Sequence record: MZ422438.1
Length of the DNA stretch: 64,000 bases
Strand: one strand, 5' to 3'
Part shown: in pieces, positions 42,608 to 52,827 of the stretch
How positions within the stretch are numbered: position 1 is the first letter of the stretch
How the letters are laid out: the number at the start of each line of letters is the position of its first letter
The notes under the pieces: generated by a model
The model's input: the letters and a program-made list of their open reading frames with translations, nothing else
Database searches by the model: none
What the model was told of the DNA's origin: nothing
Program-made: the position numbers and the translations under genes

Positions 42608-43288
42608 TCATTTATTTAATTGTTTTATGCTCCAAAGAATATCTGATTTTAAGTCTTCTAGGAATTTTACCGTACTAATAATAGTGTTTTCGTGTAAGTA
42701 ATCTTTTTCTAGTATCATTCTTTCTTTATATATTTCAATTAATTGGAATAATCTTTCTTTATGTTTAGAAAGATAAGCATAACCTAAGATTTCTGCTGAG
42801 AAGACGATATATTCATCATTCAAATTATCAATTCTTTTTTGAGACAGATTATTATCATTTTTATAAGACGTCATAATTTCAGAGATTAGATCATAATATA
42901 AGTTACTTAATACTTTTATTGTCTTTTCTATTAACCTATTAAATTTTTCTGCTTTTTCTTCTTGAATTAAAATAATCGTATCATTAATAGCATTATTATA
43001 GGAATATTCTTCATTGCTGTAAAGATATGTTTTCTTTTTATCTTCTAATTTCTTTTCTATTTCCTTAATAGTATTGATTTGTATTTTTATACTATTAATT
43101 GAATCATCATCGCTGATTGGGATATTGTCCATCTTTTTAATAAGAGACGTATCCGTTTTTAAATAATTATCTTTAGTATCAATCGCTACCTTATTACCAT
43201 CTAATTCTTTTATTATACCTTCTTTTGTAACGCCATTATGCATTACTTTTACACGTTCACCTATCTCAAACTTTTCCATCATTTTCAC
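42608..43288 (-). CDS. Hypothetical protein with an SH3/KOW-like N-terminus
   Basis: FEIGERVKVMHNGVTKEGIIKELDG. Confidence 0.55.
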   Translation of the reverse strand: MKMMEKFEIGERVKVMHNGVTKEGIIKELDGNKVAIDTKDNYLKTDTSLIKKMDNIPISDDDSINSIKIQINTIKEIEKKLEDKKKTYLYSNEEYSYNNAINDTIILIQEEKAEKFNRLIEKTIKVLSNLYYDLISEIMTSYKNDNNLSQKRIDNLNDEYIVFSAEILGYAYLSKHKERLFQLIEIYKERMILEKDYLHENTIISTVKFLEDLKSDILWSIKQLNK

Positions 43289-43551
43289 CCCACATCTATT
43301 TCTTCAATAGGAACTGCAAATTGCCAATAACGCTCATCTGATGACTTTATTTGTTCTTTTGTTAACTTAGTAGTAAACCCAGATGATATTTGAAAAGGAA
43401 TAAGTTGTCTTTTTGCAAACATACCACTTACGCCTGTAGAAGGGTTTATCGCTAGATATAAATAATCATTAACTTTTTTAGAAACATTTTTATCCCATTT
43501 CAGTTCATTATTTTCAATAAATTGAACTTGTTCGTCTATTTCGAATTTCAT
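43285..43551 (-). CDS. Small phage protein with a DUF1642-like C-terminus
   Basis: TKLTKEQIKSSDERYWQFAVPIEE is typical of Bacillota phage proteins. Confidence 0.5.
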   Translation of the reverse strand: MKFEIDEQVQFIENNELKWDKNVSKKVNDYLYLAINPSTGVSGMFAKRQLIPFQISSGFTTKLTKEQIKSSDERYWQFAVPIEEIDVG

Positions 43552-43654
43552 AAATATGATTTCTTAAATTAATTATTTTTTCACTAATAGTCTTATCAAT
43601 ATTAATAATATTATTTTTCTTCTTTTTAAAAAACATATTCACCATTCCTTTAAC

Positions 43655-44548
43655 TTATTCATTCTTTAATTTTTTGTTAATTGAATCTTTACTAATATTT
43701 CGAATAATTTCTAGTTCATCAGATAATATATCATCAATAGTATTATTCTTAGATATTTTAATATTTTTATCCATATCTTTATATACTTCGAATATTTTAG
43801 AGAAATCGTTATAGATAGTAATTAATATTTCTTTAATTTTTTCATACATAGATTTGGTAATTATTCCTTCAGTCTCTTGACCAATATTAATAATAATATT
43901 GTAAATATTATTAATTGTATCAATATACTGGGAGAGTTCTTCAGTGAATTCATTTTTTTGTTGATTTAATATTGACATATTATCAGACTTAATAAGTATT
44001 TTATCGATTATATCTAAAAGTTTAACATGATAATTAGTTTTACCATTTACACCCATTACATAATCATATAACGGTTTAGATCTATTAATATTTTCGTCAA
44101 TTTCATTATCTGATAATCTATCGTAGTTATACAAACGATATCCACCTTTTTTTAATATATTATACCTTTTTACATATGGATGAGATTTATTAATATTAAT
44201 TTTGAAATCATATACTATATTTTTAATACTAAATTTATCATACATAATCTGATACTCATAACTAATAGTAGAACGTTCTCGGATGTAGTATTTTTTATCC
44301 ATAAAGATATTATCAAAGTATTCATAATATTCTTGGGGTGAAGGTAGTTTGTCTGTAGTAATTTGAATTATTGATACCTTATGAATTGATTCAACTAAGG
44401 TATTAATAATTTGCTTTCTTAATTTGATTAATTCATTATCGATAGTTATAACCGATTCTGTATCTGATAATTCATCAGTAATCACATCTTCAGGTTCTTC
44501 ATTATTTATTTTTTTATGTGATTTTCTTTTAAAAAACATGTTCATCAT
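43655..44548 (-). CDS. Helical protein, possibly XpaC-like
   Basis: 297 aa; C-terminal ILSDELEIIRNI. Confidence 0.4.
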   Translation of the reverse strand: MMNMFFKRKSHKKINNEEPEDVITDELSDTESVITIDNELIKLRKQIINTLVESIHKVSIIQITTDKLPSPQEYYEYFDNIFMDKKYYIRERSTISYEYQIMYDKFSIKNIVYDFKININKSHPYVKRYNILKKGGYRLYNYDRLSDNEIDENINRSKPLYDYVMGVNGKTNYHVKLLDIIDKILIKSDNMSILNQQKNEFTEELSQYIDTINNIYNIIINIGQETEGIITKSMYEKIKEILITIYNDFSKIFEVYKDMDKNIKISKNNTIDDILSDELEIIRNISKDSINKKLKNE

Positions 44549-44657
44549 TCCTTTTCTATAATATTTATTTAATTTATTAATAACAATAAAGTTTTTTCTT
44601 TAGTAACTATCTTTTTAAAATATTAGTTTATCATTACAGGAATAACTAATTTAATAG

Positions 44658-45173
44658 TTATTCCTGTAATAATTTTTCTTTTAATTTATATCTTCGTATA
44701 TAATAAGATACTGAATCATTTTTCATATGAACATTGGTTGAGATTTCAGAGATAGTTGCTTTTGGATTCTTTTTTAGATATTCTAAGATACTATTGATTC
44801 TTGAATTAGTAGAATCATCATCACTATTTCGAATACCTTTAATTTTTCGATTATATTTAATATTATTCTTTTTAATATATGACTGAATTGTGTGATATTC
44901 TACATTAAAATGTTTTGCAATTTCTGTCATTGTTAAATTCGGATTTTCTTCAATAAATTTGGATAATCCTTCAATTTTTACTTTTATTTTCGGACCAATA
45001 CCTTTTTTACTTACATATGGTAGATCATATTTTTTAATCTTTTCCCTTAATGTATTTGGAACATAGTAAATTTTTTCAGATAATTCATTAACTGATAATT
45101 CGGGATTTTTCATAATGATATTTCTTAGATATTCTTTTTCCTGAATTTGATCTTTAGAAAGTTTTTTGATCAT
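44658..45173 (-). CDS. Triple-HTH repeat DNA-binding protein
   Basis: Three NP-x-[LA][ST]-x-x-EI units, e.g. NPNLTMTEIAKHFNVEYHTIQSYI. Confidence 0.7.
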   Translation of the reverse strand: MIKKLSKDQIQEKEYLRNIIMKNPELSVNELSEKIYYVPNTLREKIKKYDLPYVSKKGIGPKIKVKIEGLSKFIEENPNLTMTEIAKHFNVEYHTIQSYIKKNNIKYNRKIKGIRNSDDDSTNSRINSILEYLKKNPKATISEISTNVHMKNDSVSYYIRRYKLKEKLLQE

Positions 45174-45190
45174 TATATATACCTTCTTTG

Positions 45191-45670
45191 TTATATAATT
45201 TTTCTACTTTTATTAATTCGTCTAATATAATTATTAATTGTAGATACATTTGCATTAAAATGTTTAGCAATCTTGCTTGCTGTAGCTTCAGGATATTTTA
45301 TCATAAAATTAATAATTTCATTATCATCAAACATTTTATCCACCCTTTTACTTTTATAGGGGATATTGTTTCTTTTAATTGTATTACCAATAAATGACTT
45401 TGATACATAAAAGTGTTTTGCAATTTTATCTAATGTTAAGTCAGGATTATCGCTAATATATTTAGAAAGGTCGTTAATATTGATAATATCTTCATAAATA
45501 ACAGTATCGTTATCATAATTATATTGCATATTATATTCCTTAATATATTTACGGATGGTTGGTGCAGAGTAACCAGTTCCTGATGCAATTTTCTTTATTG
45601 AATGAGTAGGGTTACTATTAATATATTCTTTAATAATATTAGGATCTACTTTTTTCAAAACTTTATTCAC
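45191..45670 (-). CDS. Triple-HTH repeat DNA-binding protein (paralogue of 44658)
   Basis: NPTHSIKKIASGTGYS, NPDLTLDKIAKHFYVS and YPEATASKIAKHFNAN units. Confidence 0.7.
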   Translation of the reverse strand: MNKVLKKVDPNIIKEYINSNPTHSIKKIASGTGYSAPTIRKYIKEYNMQYNYDNDTVIYEDIININDLSKYISDNPDLTLDKIAKHFYVSKSFIGNTIKRNNIPYKSKRVDKMFDDNEIINFMIKYPEATASKIAKHFNANVSTINNYIRRINKSRKII

Positions 45671-45682
45671 AACACTTTCATT

Positions 45683-46129
45683 TTATTTAGTATTCTTCTT
45701 TTCCTTAGCAAAGTATGCAATTAGTATGTATATTATCATAGATATTAATGTTATTATATCTAAGACATATTCATTAATAGTTATTGCATTATGGTGTATT
45801 CCATATAAGAATGTATATATTGTGGTATACACATTATTGAATATAAGGATTATTAGAGGTATATACCTCATTTTATAACGAAGTTTATATAGGGATACTT
45901 CATGACTACTATATAGTAATAATCCAATAAGAAGATTAGCCGTTAATGCTAATGTATATGTTATTTTTTCAGACAATACTTCATTAGTAGTAAATAAATT
46001 TATTGTAAGAAATATAATCATAAAGAATATAAATAAGCTTGTTATTAGTCTAGTTCGAATATCAATTTTTTCATTATTAATACACGATATATAGACTAAT
46101 AAAAAGATTACAAGATTTGTTAGTAACAT
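45683..46129 (-). CDS. Multi-pass membrane protein
   Basis: 148 aa with about 4-5 TM segments. Confidence 0.65.
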   Translation of the reverse strand: MLLTNLVIFLLVYISCINNEKIDIRTRLITSLFIFFMIIFLTINLFTTNEVLSEKITYTLALTANLLIGLLLYSSHEVSLYKLRYKMRYIPLIILIFNNVYTTIYTFLYGIHHNAITINEYVLDIITLISMIIYILIAYFAKEKKNTK

Positions 46130-46204
46130 ATAATAATAATCCTACTTTCCATATACTTATAAGAAGAATCCCCATTAATAAAGGATTCTTCTTATAATCT
46201 AAAT

Positions 46205-46903
46205 TTATTTTACATATACTTTATATGATTCAAGTAATTTATTTTTCTTTGATAGTTTAGTATTGATAAGTTTTCTGAAAAATAACTTTGTGTTGAAAGA
46301 GATTTGCGTTAATTCTGTTTTATCTTCACCAAAATTAGTGCTTTCGTAAGATGCGGCTGATTTAATTACACCCCTATTAATAAGATTTTCTTCAGAATAT
46401 GTAGATAATTTACCGTTATTACCAATCATAACTACAAATTCAATTGATTCATCAATATTGCCGATAAAATGTTTTAAATTTTCAATAAAAATTCTTTTTT
46501 CATTAAATGTTCTAAGTCTACGTTTTCTATCAATTTCAATAATAAATGCTTTCGGTTTCTTTTTGATATTATTAAATAGTTTAATAATATCTTCTTTAAT
46601 AAATTTTAGATTAGTATCACTGGTGATATAGTATTGTAAGTAATATTCTTCAGATTTTAAATTATTTACTTTTTTGGTAATATCATAAAAAGTAGTAGTT
46701 TCAATTAATGGAATAATATAGTTACTTTTAATACTCGTGATAGCAGTATTAATACCAGTGACATCTTTATCGCCAATCACAATTGTTTTTTTATTCTTCT
46801 TAGCAAATTTTTCTAGATTATCAATCATTCTTGAGAAATCAGTTTTCTTAGTTTTTTTATTAGATCTTAACAAACTTGCAACATTTAACATATAGTTTAC
46901 CAT
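46205..46903 (-). CDS. Hypothetical protein
   Basis: 232-aa ORF. Confidence 0.7.
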   Translation of the reverse strand: MVNYMLNVASLLRSNKKTKKTDFSRMIDNLEKFAKKNKKTIVIGDKDVTGINTAITSIKSNYIIPLIETTTFYDITKKVNNLKSEEYYLQYYITSDTNLKFIKEDIIKLFNNIKKKPKAFIIEIDRKRRLRTFNEKRIFIENLKHFIGNIDESIEFVVMIGNNGKLSTYSEENLINRGVIKSAASYESTNFGEDKTELTQISFNTKLFFRKLINTKLSKKNKLLESYKVYVK

Positions 46904-47021
46904 CCTTTTTATTTTTTAGGTTTTTTATTTACAAACAGTAGAATAATAATGGCAACGCCAATTCCAATAATTGCAGGAAGTAAATCTTTAAATATATCCA
47001 TGTCGAATCACCTTTTATATT

Positions 47022-47639
47022 TTATTTTTTGTATACATATTCCGTATCATAATTTTCAATAATAAGTTTAACAGTTCCATGAGAAACTCCAAGAGATCTT
47101 GCAATCTTAGCAATTGAAAATTCAGGATGTTCCATTATAATATTATTAACAGATTCTATAATTTTTTCATTAGTTAAAGAATTATTAGACATATTAACTT
47201 GGTTATACGTTGCGATACTAAATTTATATTCTTCAAATAGACTAATAATATATTCTTCGGAGAATCCTGTATCTTCAGATAATCTTGCTGGAGTCATAAT
47301 ATCATTACTGTCTAATACAATTTTACTTAATCTTTTAAAGTCTGATAATCGTGTATCAATCTTCATATCTGAAATGCTCATTTTTTGAAGTCTAATAGAT
47401 GAAATATCTTTTCCTTCTTCTTTCATAATTCTTCTAATAGTTGATTTTGCAATTGAAAATTCAACATTACATTTTTCAGCAATTTCTAATATTGTCATTT
47501 CAGGATTATTACGATAAGTATAAATAATATCTTTAGTCATCTTACTAAATTTATCATTATGCTCATAAGTTTCTCTTCTCTCTCTTCTTTGTCTTCTTCT
47601 ACTTTCTGCACTTGTTAAAACATTTTGACTCATTACCAT
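47022..47639 (-). CDS. Multi-HTH DNA-binding protein
   Basis: NPEMTILEIAEKCNV and HPEFSIAKIARSLGVSHGTVKLI. Confidence 0.65.
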   Translation of the reverse strand: MVMSQNVLTSAESRRRQRRERRETYEHNDKFSKMTKDIIYTYRNNPEMTILEIAEKCNVEFSIAKSTIRRIMKEEGKDISSIRLQKMSISDMKIDTRLSDFKRLSKIVLDSNDIMTPARLSEDTGFSEEYIISLFEEYKFSIATYNQVNMSNNSLTNEKIIESVNNIIMEHPEFSIAKIARSLGVSHGTVKLIIENYDTEYVYKK

Positions 47640-47718
47640 GATAATCTTCCACCCTTTTTAATTAATTTAATAAATTGTATTAATATAAGATTATAAAGTA
47701 TATCTATGATAGTTTAAA

Positions 47719-48300
47719 TTAAATATATTGTAATCGTTTATCACATGCCTGAATTACAATAGCATCCCATAAAGCATTATGTTTATCTTCATTTACTATG
47801 ACATTAATATATTCACTAGCAAATTCTTCACGATTAATATCCGGATCAATATTTTTAGTTCTAAATACTGTAGAAATATCATAATAGTACATGTCAACAA
47901 ATTCTGGAATTAATGTAGCATCTTTTCCTTTATTAATTAGATCCACAAATAACATCCAATCGTATGCCATTAAGTCACTAACAAATACTAGTTTTTCAGA
48001 ACTATGCTTAGCATTATATGATAACCATTCGATAATTTTATCAGAAACTTCATCTTTAGTTCCATATACTATAGTTGTCTTAGCATTATCCGATTTTGAT
48101 GCTAATGCGTCATGTTTGTTAAAAAATCGAAGTTTAGGAATAACATTATCATTCACCCAAACACTTGATTTCGTTGTATCAAAATTAGATACTTCCGCAT
48201 AAAATAGTCTACCGTACGTATCTACCATTCCAATACTAATTAGGTCGGCATCTTTTGTTAAATTTGTAAATTCTGTATCAAAATATATCTTATTATCCAT
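47719..48300 (-). CDS. DEDDh 3'-5' exo(ribo)nuclease (Rv2179c/DUF5051-like)
   Basis: IYFDTEFT, LISIGMV, AYDWMLF and HNALWDA motifs. Confidence 0.8.
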   Translation of the reverse strand: MDNKIYFDTEFTNLTKDADLISIGMVDTYGRLFYAEVSNFDTTKSSVWVNDNVIPKLRFFNKHDALASKSDNAKTTIVYGTKDEVSDKIIEWLSYNAKHSSEKLVFVSDLMAYDWMLFVDLINKGKDATLIPEFVDMYYYDISTVFRTKNIDPDINREEFASEYINVIVNEDKHNALWDAIVIQACDKRLQYI

Positions 48301-48325
48301 AATGTACCAACTTTCTTTAATTTGT

Positions 48326-48682
48326 CTATATATTTCTCAATATAATACTTGATAAGAAATTATTGAATTCTTTTATTAATCGATCTAGCGCCTTATCATT
48401 AAGTAATGAATTTATATTTATAAATATGGATTGATTATCAATAAATTTATTGATATCTTTTATATCTATAACAATTAAGAACTTACCATTATCATCTTTA
48501 TATAAAGAACTATTGATTGATTCTAATTTTTTATTTATATATAACATTTTACCATCAACAATAAATTTAGGGTTAGTATACACTAATTGAAACATACCAT
48601 TAGAACATTTCGATTCAATAGGTAAATATTTATACATCTTATATTCATCTATAGATATAATATCAATAATGCATGTAAACAA
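48326..48682 (-). CDS. Hypothetical protein ending in ILRNI
   Basis: 118-aa ORF with the shared C-terminal motif. Confidence 0.6.
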   Translation of the reverse strand: MFTCIIDIISIDEYKMYKYLPIESKCSNGMFQLVYTNPKFIVDGKMLYINKKLESINSSLYKDDNGKFLIVIDIKDINKFIDNQSIFININSLLNDKALDRLIKEFNNFLSSIILRNI

Positions 48683-48822
48683 ATATCTTTTAATGATTTT
48701 TCACCCCTATAATTTATAATTTTGATACTATAAAATAAATATCATATTTATAAATAATTATTATTCTAAAAAAATAAAAAATTCGATTAATGATATATGA
48801 CATATCATTAATCGAATATAAT

Positions 48823-49590
48823 CTATTTAAGTATAGATACTGTTACGTTAGATGTCCCACTAGAACCTATTTGCGATTTATCAATTAATAAATCAATTTT
48901 ATTCCCAATAATTGCGCTTCCCGTATCACATGCTTTAGCGATAAATGAATTACCATTAGGATATGTAATTCTTAAAATACTGTTCATTGGAATTACTGAT
49001 GTATCTACAGCTACAATACGATGACCTTCTGGAGAATAAATAGTGTTACTCACTTTAGTTCCATTAGCAGTAATTCCTGTGCTTGGAGTATAATCATCCC
49101 CAACCGCATATACTGTCATACGAAAAGAACCAATTTTTCTGTATGAAGAATTTTCTTTAGTTGAAACATTCCGTACAGTTTTTTTATTTTTTACTTTATG
49201 ACCTTTGTTTAATTTTAATTTCTTGATAAGTTTAATATTATCATTCTTAATATTTTTAATAATTGTATCTTTATCTTTAATTTTCTTTGTAAGTTCTTTT
49301 ATATCAGTAGACATTTTATTACTTTTATTAACAATATTTTCATTTTGTTCTTCTAGATTATTATTGATTTTATTCTGTTTTAATATTAATTTTTCCTGAC
49401 TTTGGATCATATGGTTTAGATTAGATTGATGAATCGTTTGAAATGCTGTTAACGATAGTAGTAGAATTACGATAATTGATACGCATGTAGTTTTAATATT
49501 CATTCGATTCAATTTCTTTTTCTTATGCATAGATTCCTCCATTTCTATTATAACATTAATACTATTTGCTATAGTAAAATTATATATCAA
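48823..49590 (-). CDS. 3D-domain peptidoglycan-active protein with a TM anchor and coiled coil
   Basis: FRMTVY, GITANGT, IVAVDTSVIPMNS and ACDTGSAIIGNKIDL motifs. Confidence 0.85.
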   Translation of the reverse strand: MIYNFTIANSINVIIEMEESMHKKKKLNRMNIKTTCVSIIVILLLSLTAFQTIHQSNLNHMIQSQEKLILKQNKINNNLEEQNENIVNKSNKMSTDIKELTKKIKDKDTIIKNIKNDNIKLIKKLKLNKGHKVKNKKTVRNVSTKENSSYRKIGSFRMTVYAVGDDYTPSTGITANGTKVSNTIYSPEGHRIVAVDTSVIPMNSILRITYPNGNSFIAKACDTGSAIIGNKIDLLIDKSQIGSSGTSNVTVSILK

Positions 49591-49655
49591 AAAACCGTAG
49601 TATATTATTATTGTTTTAATATACTACGGTTTCTTATTTTATTTTATATTATTTT

Positions 49656-50108
49656 TTAAACAATATTACTAAGAATTTTTGGCGTTTTTTCCACAAAATA
49701 AATTTCATCTGAATTGATCTCAATGATATTGGCAATTAGTTTTCTAATAAATCCAACAATATTACTGATATGGATAATTTTATTTTCGTTAAGAATTGAG
49801 AAGTTATCTAGTAATCCATTAACTTTTAGATTGATATATGAATATGATTCTTTATCAATATAAAATTCAATAAGGTCGGAATCGATAATCCTAACATTAA
49901 CTATATTATACAAATTTGCTTTGTTTTTACTATTAATGTCACTAATAAGTTTATCATAATCATCTTTATCCGGAGTATGAAAATAATATGGATTTAAAAG
50001 ATTAATAAAATTGATCTGATATTCTTTTCCTAAAATATTAAAAACTAATCCATTTTTTTCTGAAAATTTAGTTGTAAGAACTTTATCTATAATCACTTTC
50101 TGTTCCAT
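49656..50108 (-). CDS. Hypothetical protein
   Basis: 150-aa ORF. Confidence 0.65.
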   Translation of the reverse strand: MEQKVIIDKVLTTKFSEKNGLVFNILGKEYQINFINLLNPYYFHTPDKDDYDKLISDINSKNKANLYNIVNVRIIDSDLIEFYIDKESYSYINLKVNGLLDNFSILNENKIIHISNIVGFIRKLIANIIEINSDEIYFVEKTPKILSNIV

Positions 50109-50221
50109 TTAAACCACACTCCTATACCATATTATTAGTATTAATAACTTATTGTATTAAGTTATTATAAAATACCCAATACGTTAAATAATAAACGTAT
50201 TGGGAGTATTAATACTAATAA

Positions 50222-50764
50222 TTATTGAATTCTATCTTTAATTACAACTATTGTTTTATGGAAATTACTAACAAATTTAATATTTGTGTCATAATATTTA
50301 TTTCTAATATTATTAGGGATGTGACCAATAATATCACTATAAATAGTATCAATAGTCTTATCGATATTTTCAATATCCGTATATACATAATGAGATAAGT
50401 TATTTACAATAATTTTTCCAATATCAATATATTCATTTTCAAACATATTAGTATATTCTTCAGGACGTAGTAAATTCCTAAATAGATTTTCAATATTATT
50501 AATAATTACATCAATATTTTCATCATTAATAATATCATCGATATCATTATTAATAATAATATCAACAATTTCATCTACATAATAATTAACATTGTCTTTT
50601 TGATTTTCAGTAATACCGATTAATCCATCAACTTGCTCTACTTTACCTGGATTATCATCATAGATATTACTATCCATTGATGTTGAAACGTTATCCATTT
50701 CATTAACGCTTGAATCTTCTTTATTCCTACCACTAAATAACTTATTAAATAATTTCTTAAACAT
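50222..50764 (-). CDS. Acidic hypothetical protein
   Basis: 180 aa; RBS AAAGGAG. Confidence 0.65.
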   Translation of the reverse strand: MFKKLFNKLFSGRNKEDSSVNEMDNVSTSMDSNIYDDNPGKVEQVDGLIGITENQKDNVNYYVDEIVDIIINNDIDDIINDENIDVIINNIENLFRNLLRPEEYTNMFENEYIDIGKIIVNNLSHYVYTDIENIDKTIDTIYSDIIGHIPNNIRNKYYDTNIKFVSNFHKTIVVIKDRIQ

Positions 50765-50881
50765 ACAAATCTCTCCTTTTATACTATATTTTACTATTAT
50801 TATAATATATAAATAAAAAAATGATTAAATTAGTATATCTCCAATCAATTTATATTTTGATTAGAGATATACTAATTATTT

Positions 50882-52778
50882 TTAACTTATATAATCATCG
50901 ATATTTATTTCTTTAAGTTTAATCGACATATCATGAAATGCTTTATATTGATAGGTAATTTTTTGAAGTTATCTCCAAATTTTCCCCCAATCCAAACCGT
51001 ACGTGAGACTTTCATCTCATACGGCTTTCCATCTACTAGGAATCTAAACCTAATCTGTTATGTATCTTTCTTTTTAGTAGACTAAGGACTTTCCCTAATT
51101 TATATTTCTATAAATATTATCGGTATCTTATCCTCGCTTTCAATCCAAATAAAATTTCAGTTATAGTCCAGATTAGACTTTCCGAGAAATAAGTATTATA
51201 TTAATACTTTTGGATCTTCCCATGTTTCTATAGACTTAGGTTTATTATATAACTTAGGACTTTTCTAGACCATATATCTTACTTCTTAACATGATAAGCT
51301 AATAAGGTTATTATCAATGATTAATAACTATTAGAAGATATATTTATACATTACTGTATAGGATTAAGTCATTATAGAAAATTAGTTAAATCTATCCATA
51401 TTATACTACCCAAACCAAGATATCTTATCCTTTTTAATTAAAAGGACAATCTTCTTGACTTCATCCAGCTTCACACATAGTAATTACTTGCTATGCATGT
51501 GGAATATTATTTTCAGGAAAATCTTAGAATCTTTGTTATCTAAGTCCTTGATCAGTCTATAAATTAAATTATATAAAAATATAATTCCTACAATCCCTCA
51601 TATTAAAATAATGATTTCTGTAGAACATGTCACACCATTGATAATCCAGTTAATGCATTCCCAATACCATTCGCAATTAGCCCAACATTCTTAATTCCCA
51701 TTTGATAGTATAGTTCGCCTGCACATTTATTACAGATATGTTCAGACTTACAGTATAATGGACTACGCATTTCAACATTCTTATTAATAAATTTACCTTT
51801 ATTTTCTTCGGTAATTTGCGTTAATTTATCACCGTCTTTTACATAACGAGTAATAAATAAATTAATATTATTATTTGTAAGTGTAATATTTAAATATTTT
51901 TTAGATTTACAATCACTTCCATGATCGCCAAGAATTATTGACTGAAATGCAGTGGCAAGTTTTTTCGCTTCATATCCACCATCTTGAGTACCAATAGCAC
52001 GACTTGCACTAGCACTTGTAATAATTTCTGCATATTGATATAGTTCGTCAGGAGGAATACCATCGTCTAGTGAAGCCATACTAACTCGAACATCATTTGG
52101 GTCCGCATAACTTTTAGTTACACCTCTAGCTACCGCTGTTTGTTTAAAGTTATTATTAAAACTTCCACGGCTTCCACTATCATAAATATCCATATCGGAA
52201 GCATCTTTAAGAATATCATGGGATAATGTTAATAATTCTTTTTCTATTTTAGATACAGTAACAATATCCCCAGAATCAATTGCCTTTTTATGCTTAACAA
52301 TCAGTTCTTCTTTACGAGATTTTACTTGAGGAGGAGTCATCATTAAAGTTGTACTAAGTGATGTTGCAATGAATTTAGTTATACCAAAGCCCAGCCATTG
52401 CATCTTATCAATATAATTACTAAAATCAGCTACAGTAATTTTATCTTCTAATAAGAGAGTACTTAATTGTTTATCTAACTTACTAATAGCCCCACCATCC
52501 ATTGGATGATTAATATATCCAATATATCTTCCTAATTTTGCATCAATAATTAATAGGTTAAAGATATATCGACCTACTGTAGTAGTAATTTTATCTTTAT
52601 TAAAATGAATATTTGATTCTAATTCAAAATAATCACTTGGGTCAAACTTTGCATCTTCATTTTTGGTATATGCAAATAATTCTTGTAATTTTTCCATAGT
52701 GATATCATTCTCTGAAAGATTAAGAATCTCAATCTTTCTAGCATCACTAATCTTTTTACCTTTATATGCTTTTTGCAA
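50882..52778 (-). CDS. Multisubunit RNA polymerase beta' C-terminal subunit; two exons (52778-51636 and 50944-50882)
   Basis: TTVGRYIFN, SRAIGTQDGGYEAKK (bridge helix) and RSPLYC...ICNKCAG (Zn). Splicing gives LTGLSM|KAFHDMSIKLKEINIDDYIS*, which restores the trigger-loop motif. The upstream late promoter suggests the virion RNAP (inference). Confidence 0.9.
50945..51635 (-). mobile_element. ORF-less group II intron (691 nt, IIB-like)
   Basis: 5' GTGTGACATG; D5 AAGCCGTATGAGATGAAAGTCTCACGTACGGTTT (51027-50994); D6 with a bulged A 8 nt from the ...CAATAT 3' end; EBS1 CATTGA in a stem-loop complements exon TCAATG; EBS2 TAATCC complements GGATTA; short DIV. Confidence 0.93.
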
Positions 52779-52815
52779 CTATATTCACATCCTTTATAAA
52801 TTATATCCTTTAATA

Positions 52816-52827
52816 TAAATAAATGTT
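52816..52827 (-). promoter_or_regulatory. AR9-type late promoter AACA-N6-TA for the RNAP subunit gene
   Basis: AACA TTTATT TA, 38 nt upstream of 52778. Confidence 0.55.

Noticed and set aside
51040-51300. Intron-encoded RT/maturase or homing endonuclease
   Set aside because: No ORF of 60 aa or more lies in the intron, and DIV is about 50 nt.
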